In this document: one piece after another, positions 1 through 9,652 of the stretch
Numbering within the stretch: position 1 is the stretch's first letter
Layout of the letters: every line of letters begins with the position of its first letter
Source: Calditrichia bacterium
Lineage (GTDB): Bacteria > Calditrichota > Calditrichia > RBG-13-44-9 > J075
Assembly (NCBI GenBank): GCA_050633245.1
Contig: JBOEGD010000030.1
Location: forward strand, 153,419-217,418
Direction: 5' to 3'
Length of the DNA: 64,000 nucleotides
The notes under the pieces: generated by a model
Seen by the model: only the letters and a program-made list of their open reading frames with translations
What the model was told of the DNA's origin: nothing
Databases searched by the model: none
Made by a program: the position numbers and the translations under genes

Positions 1-1
1 A

Positions 2-286
2 TTTCTTTTCGGGTCACTCATAATTTGCATTATTGTTTTTGCCGGGATGAAGGGCTATAATTTTTGGCTTTCAACTATACTGGGTGGAATCGCTCAAACT
101 GTCTTTCGCTTAAGTAAACGAATGTTAAAAAGGGCCAACATAACATCAACTGAAAAGTCAAGCAAAGCAGAAGAACAAATAGTCTCCTGGTCAGCTCTAA
201 ATGTCTTTGTGTTTATTTTTTTATTTATGATGATTGTTTCGGCGTTCTGGTACGGCATCGGAGTGTTGTTAAATCGTATTATCTAA
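2..286 (+). CDS. Hypothetical membrane protein, probably 5'-truncated by the window edge
   Basis: The frame of ORF 47..286 stays open back to position 2 (FLFGSLIICIIVFAG-MKG...). It has hydrophobic segments. Confidence 0.55.
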   Translation, partial: FLFGSLIICIIVFAGMKGYNFWLSTILGGIAQTVFRLSKRMLKRANITSTEKSSKAEEQIVSWSALNVFVFIFLFMMIVSAFWYGIGVLLNRII

Positions 287-324
287 CTACATTAATACAA
301 AAAATTCTTCTCAGAACAAGGTTG

Positions 325-1506
325 CTACTTCTTTCTCAACCAGCGCGATGGATTCAAAGGCTTATTGGCGCCGTAAATTTCGAAATGAAGTAAGGCGCCT
401 TCAAGCGAGCCCGAATCACCCACCGAGGCAATCACGTCTCCGGCATTTACCAACTGGTATTTATTGACAAACACTTCATTCAAATGCGCATACACCGTGT
501 AGTAACCATTATTGTGATCGACAATGACCGTGTTGCCAAATCCGCCCATGTAGGTTATTAGACTCACAACTCCGGAAAAGACACAGCGCACGTCACTTCC
601 TTTTTTACCGCGGATGTCTATTCCATTATTGGTGAGCACCGTTTTTAGCTTGGGGTTTCGAATCTTACCAAAGCCATGCAAAACAGAACCGCGTATCGGC
701 CAATTGAGCTTTCCTTTTTGCCCGGCGAAGTTTCCCTTAATCTTATTCCACTGTGCCAGGTCGGAAGAATTCAATTTCCGCGATTCGCGATTGTTTTCCA
801 GACTTCCAATGAGGCTTTTAAGCCGAGAAAAACTTCTTTTCTTTTCACTGAGCGCTGCTTCAAGGAGCTGCTTATTTTTACTGACATTTTTTAATGTGCG
901 CTGACGATCGGAAAGCTTTTTTTTGAGGTCATCGGTCTCATAAGACTTTTCACGCAACAACCGCTTTTGTTCTTTCAGCTCAATACTTCTATTTTCCTGC
1001 AGCCCAGTCAGTTGCTGCTGACGGTCTGTAAGACGTGAATGGAGACGTTCGACGCCTTCAGATATTTTGCGAAAGTAGCGATAGCGTATAAGTGCCTGAT
1101 TAAAATTCTCAGAACCCAAAATCCAGTCGTATTCGCGACCGCGCTGATATTTGTAGGAGAAGATTGCTTGTTTTGCGAATATTTTCTTCAACTCTCCCAC
1201 CTGACCACTCAAGTCTTCGATCTGGCCATTCAAACGCTTCACTTCACGATCCTTATTCGTCAACTCGCCTCGGATAATACGAAGTGCCTTTTGCTGAAGC
1301 GTCGTTTGCTTATCGAGGTTTTTTATGCGCTCCAGTTCGGAGGTTACGGATTTTTGCGAAGCACGCAACTGTTTCTCTAATGTTGAGATTTCTGTACGCA
1401 CTTCGTCGAGCTGACGTTTAGCAGAATCGGCTTTGGGGCCCGCATCCTGAGCCAACATGCCAACTGTAAAAACAAAGAGGAAGATTTTCAGTATTTTCAT
1501 AGTCAA
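325..1506 (-). CDS. envC: Murein hydrolase activator, EnvC family (coiled coil + degenerate M23/LytM domain)
   Basis: Signal peptide, long coiled coil, C-terminal WPIRG...NNGIDI...YAHL...LHFEI. The HxxxD motif is replaced by NNGID, as expected for EnvC. Confidence 0.8.
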   Translation of the reverse strand: MTMKILKIFLFVFTVGMLAQDAGPKADSAKRQLDEVRTEISTLEKQLRASQKSVTSELERIKNLDKQTTLQQKALRIIRGELTNKDREVKRLNGQIEDLSGQVGELKKIFAKQAIFSYKYQRGREYDWILGSENFNQALIRYRYFRKISEGVERLHSRLTDRQQQLTGLQENRSIELKEQKRLLREKSYETDDLKKKLSDRQRTLKNVSKNKQLLEAALSEKKRSFSRLKSLIGSLENNRESRKLNSSDLAQWNKIKGNFAGQKGKLNWPIRGSVLHGFGKIRNPKLKTVLTNNGIDIRGKKGSDVRCVFSGVVSLITYMGGFGNTVIVDHNNGYYTVYAHLNEVFVNKYQLVNAGDVIASVGDSGSLEGALLHFEIYGANKPLNPSRWLRKK

Positions 1507-1507
1507 A

Positions 1508-2308
1508 CTACTTTACAAATGAAAGACCAGCCACATGCGTGGCTCCGAGTTCAAAATGATGCTGCAGCGCATAGTTCATCTGCACCCGCTTAATTTTAAC
1601 CAGAATTCCGGCTGCGGGTTTCACATCATTCAACAAGACACCGCTAAAGAACGTGAATGATTCGACCGGCGATATTTCCATTCCCATGGAAACCTCCGGC
1701 TGAAAGGCACCATCCTTCTGAACAGCCAGGTAAACAGTGGCATTATCAGCCGGATCATAAGCGCAACCGAAACGAATAATTGGCGAAAGCTCTTCGCCGA
1801 ATTTATTGACAGCCGGATGGTTCATATTACTAATCGACCCGCCAAAGCGCAAACATGTGAACACATCGTAAATAAACCCGGCATCGAGACTAAAAAGCGA
1901 GCTGTTGCCATAGCGCTGCACATCGGTTCTGAGGTAGCGCAAATTCCCCCCGGCATGAATTCCGGATTCCCATGCTCTGGACAAATTTGCTGTCAGCATC
2001 ATTTCCTGATAAAGGCTATGGCCAAAATGCTGAATTGACAATCCAATATTTACCGTCTCATTTGGCAAGATCAACGAGCCGCCGGAAAGTGGAAGCTCCT
2101 TTAAGCCAAATAACCGGGAATGCCAGGTATCGATTATCAAATGTTCTGCATAAGCCGATAGCGCCGGGTTTACTAAAAACTGTCCCGTTGTCGTTTTACC
2201 GGCAATGTTGCTTTCTCTGAGTGCTGCCGAACGCACACCCGGCACGGCGTTGTCTATCGCCGTGCTTACTCCGCTGCATAAAAAAAGCAGCATAAAAATA
2301 TATCGCAT
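1508..2308 (-). CDS. Outer-membrane beta-barrel protein (PorV/FadL-like)
   Basis: Signal peptide, GVRSAAL...NPAL N-terminal motif, DAGFIY, alternating beta strands, C-terminal ELGATHxxGLSF. Confidence 0.55.
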   Translation of the reverse strand: MRYIFMLLFLCSGVSTAIDNAVPGVRSAALRESNIAGKTTTGQFLVNPALSAYAEHLIIDTWHSRLFGLKELPLSGGSLILPNETVNIGLSIQHFGHSLYQEMMLTANLSRAWESGIHAGGNLRYLRTDVQRYGNSSLFSLDAGFIYDVFTCLRFGGSISNMNHPAVNKFGEELSPIIRFGCAYDPADNATVYLAVQKDGAFQPEVSMGMEISPVESFTFFSGVLLNDVKPAAGILVKIKRVQMNYALQHHFELGATHVAGLSFVK

Positions 2309-2312
2309 GATT

Positions 2313-3299
2313 TCACTTATCAGTTATGGAAAACTGGCGGTAGGGGAAAAGCCGGGCAAGAACCTTATCTCGTTCAATCTGCAGGGCCTGCTCCAGAATT
2401 GGCGCTTCGTCCCGCTTATCCAGACGACCACGATTGTATTGCGATAAGTTTTGTCGGGCGAATTCAAGAATCTCCTGCTTCTGAGATTCGTTCATTTCCT
2501 GAAAACGCTCATCATAATAGCGACGTTTATCTTTCGCACCCGCGTGATCGCGCAGAAACTCTTCTCCAAAATTCTGATAATCAAAAGCACCGGTCGACTT
2601 GTTATCGTATTCAAAGATACTTTTTCCCTGTGATGATGCTTCTTTCAGGGAAACTGAATTTCGAATAAAAGAGCGATACAGTTTATGCGGAAAATTCTTT
2701 TCCAGAATTCCCCGCACTTCCTGAGAATGCCGGGTGCGAAAATCGCACATCGTCATTACCACTCCCTTAAGCTTGATGCTACGGTTCAACCGACTCTTCA
2801 CCATTAGAAACGTATCGTAAAGTGGCTTAATCGCCTTCATCGGAAAAAACTCAGGTGAAACGGTCATCAAAAACTCAGTACTGGTAGCTAGTGCATTGAT
2901 TGCCAGAATGCCAAGGTTTGGGGGGCAATCGATCAATATAAAGTCGTATTTATTGCGAACCGGTGCCAAAACATCACGCAAAATATATTCGCGGTTCATA
3001 GACTTATATAATGAGAACTCGACTGAAGTCATCTCAATATTATTGGGGAGGACGTGAAGATTATCATCTCGCTTTAACACCACTTCGTCAAAGCTACTTT
3101 TGTTCATAAATAGATGCAGAAGGGTTTGCTTCAGATTATCGCTATCGAATCCGAAGTGCTGGGTCATATTTCCCTGCGGATCCATATCGACAGTCAGAAC
3201 CTTGTAGCCCTGTCTTGCCAGGTAGCTGGCCGTATTCACCGTAGTGGTGGTTTTAGCGCAGCCGCCCTTTTGAATAATAAAGGAGACTATCTGCGTCAT
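2313..3299 (-). CDS. parA: ParA/Soj family ATPase with ~75-aa C-terminal extension; no adjacent parB
   Basis: Deviant Walker A QKGGCAKTTT, DMDPQGN, LIDCPP. Confidence 0.85.
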   Translation of the reverse strand: MTQIVSFIIQKGGCAKTTTTVNTASYLARQGYKVLTVDMDPQGNMTQHFGFDSDNLKQTLLHLFMNKSSFDEVVLKRDDNLHVLPNNIEMTSVEFSLYKSMNREYILRDVLAPVRNKYDFILIDCPPNLGILAINALATSTEFLMTVSPEFFPMKAIKPLYDTFLMVKSRLNRSIKLKGVVMTMCDFRTRHSQEVRGILEKNFPHKLYRSFIRNSVSLKEASSQGKSIFEYDNKSTGAFDYQNFGEEFLRDHAGAKDKRRYYDERFQEMNESQKQEILEFARQNLSQYNRGRLDKRDEAPILEQALQIERDKVLARLFPYRQFSITDK

Positions 3300-3440
3300 G
3301 CTTCCCTCTCATCGCATCTACTATTAGATTAGATTATACCGTCAATTTTTTGGTAATGCAATAATTTTAACCTGCCCGCATTCTGCTTTCGTCTTTCGCC
3401 TCACAAACCAAGAGAGTAAAATATTTATACCCGACACATT

Positions 3441-3456
3441 TGTGAAAATATTCACA
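3441..3456. promoter_or_regulatory. Palindrome TGTGA-N6-TCACA (CRP/FNR-family box, or two overlapping degenerate DnaA boxes) between parA and rpmH
   Basis: Sequence tgtgaaaatattcaca in a divergent promoter region. Confidence 0.4.
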
Positions 3457-3565
3457 CAACTTCATTTTATTGTTTCACGTACACTATCTTATTCTGCTCA
3501 TTGACATCGACATCATTTTTTGTTTTATTTGAAGGCTTGAATCGAAACCATAGTGGAGATAGAAA

Positions 3566-3706
3566 ATGAAACGCACGTATCAACCGCACAATCGTAAGCG
3601 CCGCAACAAACACGGCTTTCGCGCACGCATGGCTAGTAAGAATGGACGTCAGGTAATTGCCCGTCGTCGTGCCAAAGGACGCAAGCGTCTAACCGTAAGT
3701 GGTTAA
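3566..3706 (+). CDS. rpmH: 50S ribosomal protein L34 (not in the ORF track)
   Basis: Manual translation gives [53 protein letters not shown]; lies upstream of rnpA. Confidence 0.98.
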   Translation: MKRTYQPHNRKRRNKHGFRARMASKNGRQVIARRRAKGRKRLTVSG

Positions 3707-4049
3707 CAGAACGAATCGAAAACGTACGCTTCCCCGGAAGCGTATGCTGAAGCAGTCGGATCTTATCCAGAAAGCCCTCAGACGCGGCAGGAAGTATCCG
3801 GGGAAACATCTTGTGCTGTACGTTCTCGATTCAACTGAAAGTCAGTTTGCAGTTCTTGTTGCTACACGCCTTGGCAATGCAGTTCAACGCAATCGTATGA
3901 AGCGTTTGGCACGGGAAGTATATCGGTATCAGCAGCATCGGTTTGAGGGGAAAGTAGTTTTGTTTCTGTTGCGGAAATATCATGATGTCTTTAGCGATCT
4001 GGAAGAGGACGTTTCGCACTTGCTTTCCCGGATAGAGAAAAAGTCGTAA
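3699..4049 (+). CDS. rnpA: Ribonuclease P protein component
   Basis: RNR motif [15 protein letters not shown]; position between rpmH and yidC. Confidence 0.93.
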   Translation: MVNRTNRKRTLPRKRMLKQSDLIQKALRRGRKYPGKHLVLYVLDSTESQFAVLVATRLGNAVQRNRMKRLAREVYRYQQHRFEGKVVLFLLRKYHDVFSDLEEDVSHLLSRIEKKS

Positions 4050-4177
4050 CCCGCCAGTTATTCGTTCCTCCCTGCACAGATTTGCGCTACCAATTCCCGA
4101 AACATATTACTAACCGGTTCTATGCAAACCGGAACTTGTCTGCAATGCAGACATCACGATGATGATAAGGATTTAGG

Positions 4178-6025
4178 ATGGACCAGAAACAGATAATCGG
4201 CATCTTTCTAATTGTCAGCATTTTCTTGTTGATGCCAACGTATTTAGAATGGATGGGTCTTGCCCCGCAGCCACAACCGGAACAAGAAGCTCCCGCTGTT
4301 ACTCAGGTTGACAGCAGTGCTACAGAAGAGCGTATTTCAGCTCCTCCAACATTACAGAGTGCTGCCATCGATTCACCGGAGATGATGAGGGACTCAATAA
4401 TTGCAGGTACAGAGCAAACAATCCCTGCAGTCGACTTCACGATACACACACCCTTACTGTCTGCCGAGTTTTCCAACGCTGCCGGTGGTCGCTTTACTCG
4501 CTGGGAGCTGAAGAAGTATGACTACTTCGACGGGGGCAAGGTTAACCTGGCAACGCCCAATAACGGATTCGACATTGAATTCAGCGATCCGAATGGCAAG
4601 CAAATTCAGCTTAGTAATTTCACGATGCAGTCTACCGATACGATTGGCGGCACCATCTCACTGGACGAAGCAAATCCGACCGCAGACATTGAACTATTCG
4701 TTCCTTATGGAAACGGGCGCATTATAAAGACCTATCGCTTTTACTACGATCGCTATGCAGTAGACGTTCTCATCCGCATGGAGAATGTTCAGAACCATAT
4801 TGTGAATCGGTTTTATTCTGCTATTTGGGAAAACGGCCTGCCGAACATTGAAGAAAATCAGCAGGATGAAGCTCAGTATTCTCTTGTCATGCTCTCAACG
4901 GCCGGCAGTACCGATGACTTCTACGTTGATGCAGATGAAGACAACAGGCAGACATTTACCGGTGATCTGGACTGGGCAGCCGTTCGTAATAAGTATTTCA
5001 CCGCTGCGATTCTCCCAGGCCAAGGTACCAAGATCGAGAATCTCCTGGTTGAAGGACGCGGTTTGCAGGATGCCGAAGAGACAGACATTGGTCGCATTTA
5101 CTCAACCATCGCTGAAGTTCCTCTGTCGCAGAGCAGTGCCCACGTCGATACATTTACCGTCTATGCCGGTCCATTAGACTATCAGGTACTCAAAAGTTAT
5201 GGCTCGACCATGCAGGACATGGTTTTGAATTCCGGTTGGTATGAACGTGCTTTTCGCTGGATCAGCATTTACCTGATTCTTCCGGCGTTCAAATTCCTGA
5301 ACGGATTTATCCCGAACTACGGACTTGTCATCATCATTTTCTCCATCGTCATCAAGCTGCTTCTTTATCCGCTTACCAAAAAGAGCTACGAATCTACCGC
5401 TCGTATGACGGATCTGCGTCCGAAAATGACGGAGATTCAGGAGAAATACAAGAGCGATCCGGCTCGGCTACAGAAGGAAACCATGAAGCTTTACAAGGAC
5501 GAGGGTGTCAATCCACTTGGTGGCTGTTTGCCAATGCTTTTACAGATGCCTCTGCTGGTTGCATTATTCACCGTATTCCGCTCGACAATCCAGCTTCGTG
5601 GCGAACCCTTTATGCTATGGATAACCGACCTGTCCTTACCGGATCAGCTAGCGCTTCCATTTGAACTACCGTTCTTTGGTGCCGCTATTGCCATCCTGCC
5701 ATTCCTGATGGGTATAACAATGCTCTTTCAGTCTATGGCAACAGTAACCGACCCGAAGCAAAAGGCTTTCGTTTACATGATGCCGGTAATGCTGACGTTC
5801 TTCTTTTACAGTTTTCCATCCGGACTGAACCTGTATTACTCAGTCTTTAATCTACTGACAATGCTTCAGACACAGATGATTAAAAAGAACATGCATAGCA
5901 ACGACGCGGCAACAACAGCTGCGGCGGCGGCTCCTTCGCGCTCGAAGCCAACTACTGAAAAGGGCGGTGCGGCAAGACTTCCAAAGTCTCCGAAGGGCAG
6001 CCGAAAGAAGAAAAAGCAGAAGTAA
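4178..6025 (+). CDS. yidC: Membrane protein insertase YidC
   Basis: N-terminal TM helix, large periplasmic domain, NYGLVIIIFS, GVNPLGGCLPMLLQMP, PSGLNLY. Confidence 0.97.
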   Translation: MDQKQIIGIFLIVSIFLLMPTYLEWMGLAPQPQPEQEAPAVTQVDSSATEERISAPPTLQSAAIDSPEMMRDSIIAGTEQTIPAVDFTIHTPLLSAEFSNAAGGRFTRWELKKYDYFDGGKVNLATPNNGFDIEFSDPNGKQIQLSNFTMQSTDTIGGTISLDEANPTADIELFVPYGNGRIIKTYRFYYDRYAVDVLIRMENVQNHIVNRFYSAIWENGLPNIEENQQDEAQYSLVMLSTAGSTDDFYVDADEDNRQTFTGDLDWAAVRNKYFTAAILPGQGTKIENLLVEGRGLQDAEETDIGRIYSTIAEVPLSQSSAHVDTFTVYAGPLDYQVLKSYGSTMQDMVLNSGWYERAFRWISIYLILPAFKFLNGFIPNYGLVIIIFSIVIKLLLYPLTKKSYESTARMTDLRPKMTEIQEKYKSDPARLQKETMKLYKDEGVNPLGGCLPMLLQMPLLVALFTVFRSTIQLRGEPFMLWITDLSLPDQLALPFELPFFGAAIAILPFLMGITMLFQSMATVTDPKQKAFVYMMPVMLTFFFYSFPSGLNLYYSVFNLLTMLQTQMIKKNMHSNDAATTAAAAAPSRSKPTTEKGGAARLPKSPKGSRKKKKQK

Positions 6026-6090
6026 ATTCCTAAACCGCTGAAAGGTTTAAGAATCCGGACAGCTCTCTTTCACCACAGCATTTCGATTCC

Positions 6091-6123
6091 AAAGCCTTTC
6101 AGGGTATCCTGAAAGGCTTTTTT
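6091..6123 (+). terminator. Intrinsic terminator-like hairpin after yidC, directly abutting the mnmE ATG
   Basis: aaagcctttcagg-gtat-cctgaaaggcttt followed by ttt. Confidence 0.7.
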
Positions 6124-7515
6124 ATGTCCGATTACTTAAACAACGGCGATACAATTATCGCTCTTTCCACTCCATTAGGTAATGGCGCTATTGCCGTTAT
6201 TCGCATTGGTGGCCCCGATGCACTCGCTGTATTTAATCCCTTCCTGAAGCAGCCTATTCGCGAAGAGGATGCCCGTAAGGCGATCTTTAACGAGATAGTT
6301 ACTCAAGACAAGACTACGATTGATCAGGTGATTACAACTTGGTTTCGCGCGCCTGCAAGCTATACCGGCGAAGACTTACTCGAGATCAGCTGTCACTGTA
6401 ACCCACTGATTATCGATAGCATTATCGATCTGGCCATCAGCAATGGTGCTCGCGTAGCAGCACCGGGTGAGTTTACTTTTCGTGCTTTTCTAAACGGGAA
6501 GTTAAACCTGGCACAGGCTGAGGCCGTCTCAGATCTTATCAACTCACGTTCCCGGCAAAGCCTGACCCAGTCGATGCGCCATCTGGAGGGGCGCTTATCT
6601 GAACGTATTTCAACAATACGCGAGCGTATTCTGAACCTGCTTTCGCTACTGGAAGTGAGCCTGGACTTCTCGGAAGACGAAATTGAACTCATTCCTATGC
6701 CAGAACTTATCAACCGTATCGAAACGACTATTGCCGAGATCCAGCAATTTCTCCGCACTTACGACTATGGCCGCTTACTTCAGGAAGGAATAAAATTGCT
6801 GATCCTCGGTAAACCCAATGTTGGTAAATCGAGTCTGCTTAACGCACTTTTGCAGCGCGACCGCGCCATCGTTAGCGATATCCCCGGAACGACAAGAGAC
6901 TACATTGAAGCCAATTTAGAGCTAGATGGACTGGCAGTTCAGGCAGTCGATACTGCCGGCATTCGCGATACCGAAGATACGGTCGAGGCCATTGGCGTAG
7001 AACGGGCACTCAACCAGCTTCAAACCGCAGACATTGCCCTCTGCGTTTTCGATGGAAACGCGCCGCTTAGCAGCGATGATACAGTGCTAATAGATCTCAT
7101 TTCAGAACATCAAAAAGACGTCTCGTTTATTCTTATCGCCAATAAGAGCGACCTCCTACAGAATGAACAAACCATACAAACCCTTGAAGCACTCACCTCT
7201 CCCCTATGCTCTCTTTCAGCTGTCACTTCCAGTGGAATAGATACGCTGAAACAAGACATCAAACGAAGTCTCATCAGCGACGTTAGTCTGGAATCAGAGG
7301 AAGTTGTTATTACAAGTGCTCGTCATAAGGCCGCACTTGATAAGACAATAGAATCTCTAGTACATTCCGTTCAGTCCATACAGGCTGGTGCATCTGAAGA
7401 AATCATTGCTATTGATATGCGATTAGCGCTTGATCACATCGGAGAGATCACCGGTGAAACCAGCTCAGAAGACGTTCTAAACCATATATTCTCCAGCTTC
7501 TGTATTGGCAAATAA
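6124..7515 (+). CDS. mnmE: tRNA modification GTPase MnmE
   Basis: SYTGED, GEFTFRAFLNGK, GKPNVGKSS, PGTTRD, DTAG, NKSD, C-terminal FCIGK. Confidence 0.98.
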   Translation: MSDYLNNGDTIIALSTPLGNGAIAVIRIGGPDALAVFNPFLKQPIREEDARKAIFNEIVTQDKTTIDQVITTWFRAPASYTGEDLLEISCHCNPLIIDSIIDLAISNGARVAAPGEFTFRAFLNGKLNLAQAEAVSDLINSRSRQSLTQSMRHLEGRLSERISTIRERILNLLSLLEVSLDFSEDEIELIPMPELINRIETTIAEIQQFLRTYDYGRLLQEGIKLLILGKPNVGKSSLLNALLQRDRAIVSDIPGTTRDYIEANLELDGLAVQAVDTAGIRDTEDTVEAIGVERALNQLQTADIALCVFDGNAPLSSDDTVLIDLISEHQKDVSFILIANKSDLLQNEQTIQTLEALTSPLCSLSAVTSSGIDTLKQDIKRSLISDVSLESEEVVITSARHKAALDKTIESLVHSVQSIQAGASEEIIAIDMRLALDHIGEITGETSSEDVLNHIFSSFCIGK

Positions 7516-7531
7516 CGTTTCACGTGAAACA
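7516..7531. other. parS centromere-like site (ParB binding)
   Basis: CGTTTCACGTGAAACA, 15/16 match to TGTTTCACGTGAAACA, immediately after the mnmE stop. Confidence 0.9.
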
Positions 7532-7543
7532 CTGAGAGTCAAA

Positions 7544-9442
7544 ATGAACACATTCGATGTTATAGTTGCCGGTGGCGGACACGCCGGAATAGAGGCAGCA
7601 CTAGCCGCTGCACGTCTTGGAATGCGCACGGCGATGGTCACGCTCAAAAAAGAAACCATCGGAAAGATGTCCTGTAACCCGGCAATTGGAGGATTAGCAA
7701 AGGGTCACCTGGTACGCGAGATCGATGCTCTCGGTGGAGAGATGGGCAAGATTATCGACGCAACCGGCATACACTTCAAGATGCTCAATCGCTCTAAAGG
7801 TCCTGCCGTATGGTCACCACGCGCTCAGGCAGACAGGCATGGCTATATGTATGATGCTCAACGCAGGGTCTTTGCGCAGGAGAACCTAACGGTTGTCGCC
7901 GGGTCGGTAGTGGGAGTGCAGACGGCTCAAAATCGCGTTACAGCAGCCGTACTACAGGATGGACAGCTATTGCCCTGTCGTTCGATCATTTTGACCTGTG
8001 GAACGTTCCTGAACGCGTGTATTCATATCGGACTTAATAACCTTGAAAGTGGGCGTGCCGGCGAGCAGGCGGTCGGTGGATTAACCGAGAATCTAATCAA
8101 CCTTGGCTTCAAGACCGGAAGGTTAAAAACCGGCACTCCACCGCGCATCCACAAAGACAGTGTAGACTGGGAGAAAACGGAAGAACAGCAACCAGATATA
8201 CCACCTATCCCCTTCTCGTTCTCTACAGACAAGATTGATCGCGAACAGATCAGTTGCTTTATCACGTATACAAATCTGGAAACGCATGAAAATCTACGCC
8301 TGGGCTTAGACCGCTCGCCGATGTATACCGGAATTATTAAAGGCATGGGACCGCGCTACTGTCCTTCGATAGAAGACAAAATTGTGCGCTTTGAAGACAA
8401 AGATCGTCACCAAATATTTCTAGAACCTGAGGGCTACGACAACCCTGAAGTTTATGTAAACGGGTTCTCGACAAGCCTTCCTGCAGATGTTCAGGAGAAA
8501 GCAATTCGCACCGTCACCGGTCTTGAACGTGCTAAAATTGTACGGCTCGGCTATGCTGTCGAATATGATTTTTTCCCTTCCTACCAACTTCATCAAACCC
8601 TGGAAGCCAAGTCTGTTGAAGGCCTCTATCTTGGTGGACAGATCAATGGCACCTCAGGATACGAAGAAGCTGCTGCCCAGGGACTCATCGCCGGCATTAA
8701 TGCGGCACTCAAACTCAAAGAAGAAGAGCCGTTTATTCTCGATAGATCCGAGGCTTATATCGGAGTATTAATAGACGACCTCATCAACAAAACCATTCTC
8801 GAACCCTATCGCATGTTCACTTCCCGAGCCGAGTTTCGCTTGCTACTTCGCCACGATAATGCAGACCTCCGGCTCATGGAAAAGGGATATCGCACCGGCC
8901 TCACCAGTCAGCAAAGCTTTGACCGCATGTGTAAGAGAAGTCAGGAAATCACAGAGCTGACCAACCGCATCAACGATACTGTCGTTTCAGAAACCATCTT
9001 CAATGGCTGGGCCGAACAAAAGAACACCGCTCCCATTAAGGAAAACACTCCCCTGCCCAAACTTATCAAGCGGCCGGAAGTAAAACTGACCGACATGATT
9101 TCTGAAATGCAATGGGAAAAGCCCTATCAAAATTCCAGCATTGCAGAGGTGGAATTCACGATGAAATACGAAGGGTTTCTGATACGCCAACAGGAACTGG
9201 TCGACAAGTTTGCTCGTTCTGAATCCACACCAATTCCAAATTGGATCGACTATGATTCCCTAACAGCACTTTCTGCAGAGAGTCGAGAAAAGCTCAAAAA
9301 AGTGCAACCAAAATCTATTGGACAAGCAACACGAATATCAGGCGTGCGCCACAGCGACCTGGCAATTCTATTAGTGCATGTCGAAAAGGGATCCCGTAAG
9401 GGAAAATCGGACAAGAGTGTTTCACGTGAAACGTTGGGATAA
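7544..9442 (+). CDS. mnmG: tRNA uridine-5-carboxymethylaminomethyl(34) synthesis enzyme MnmG (GidA)
   Basis: GGGHAG, MSCNPAIGGLAKG, GPRYCPSIEDK, GQINGTSGYEEAAAQG. Start placed at ATG 7544. Confidence 0.98.
   Translation: MNTFDVIVAGGGHAGIEAALAAARLGMRTAMVTLKKETIGKMSCNPAIGGLAKGHLVREIDALGGEMGKIIDATGIHFKMLNRSKGPAVWSPRAQADRHGYMYDAQRRVFAQENLTVVAGSVVGVQTAQNRVTAAVLQDGQLLPCRSIILTCGTFLNACIHIGLNNLESGRAGEQAVGGLTENLINLGFKTGRLKTGTPPRIHKDSVDWEKTEEQQPDIPPIPFSFSTDKIDREQISCFITYTNLETHENLRLGLDRSPMYTGIIKGMGPRYCPSIEDKIVRFEDKDRHQIFLEPEGYDNPEVYVNGFSTSLPADVQEKAIRTVTGLERAKIVRLGYAVEYDFFPSYQLHQTLEAKSVEGLYLGGQINGTSGYEEAAAQGLIAGINAALKLKEEEPFILDRSEAYIGVLIDDLINKTILEPYRMFTSRAEFRLLLRHDNADLRLMEKGYRTGLTSQQSFDRMCKRSQEITELTNRINDTVVSETIFNGWAEQKNTAPIKENTPLPKLIKRPEVKLTDMISEMQWEKPYQNSSIAEVEFTMKYEGFLIRQQELVDKFARSESTPIPNWIDYDSLTALSAESREKLKKVQPKSIGQATRISGVRHSDLAILLVHVEKGSRKGKSDKSVSRETLG
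9418..9433. other. parS site inside the last codons of mnmG
   Basis: TGTTTCACGTGAAACG, which encodes VSRET. Confidence 0.9.
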
Positions 9443-9605
9443 AAAAAGAGCTTGTTAATCGTAATTAACAAGCAACGAATAAGAAGTGGCGAGTAAAATT
9501 ATTCGCATTAGACAAGCAGAGAAACAAAAAAGAACCCTAAACTACAACAAAAACAACCGCTTATCCTCTGTCCAGCTTTTTACCCTGCTGGCATATTGCT
9601 TTTCA

Positions 9606-9647
9606 CTTCTTACATCTTACTTCTAGTTTCTAGCTTCCAGCTGCCAA
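9606..9647. repeat. Degenerate heptamer tandem array
   Basis: cttctta catctta cttctag tttctag cttccag ctgccaa, just after the egtD stop. Confidence 0.55.
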
Positions 9648-9652
9648 CTGAT

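Noticed and set aside
3471-3486. Third full parS site
   Set aside because: The first 10 bp match, but the right arm (ACACTA) is broken.
4050-4177. yidD between rnpA and yidC
   Set aside because: The gap is only 128 bp and has no CRFxPTCS motif.
7505-7543. Upstream start for mnmG (MANNVSRETL...)
   Set aside because: It overlaps the mnmE stop and merely reads through parS. ATG 7544 matches the normal MnmG N-terminus.
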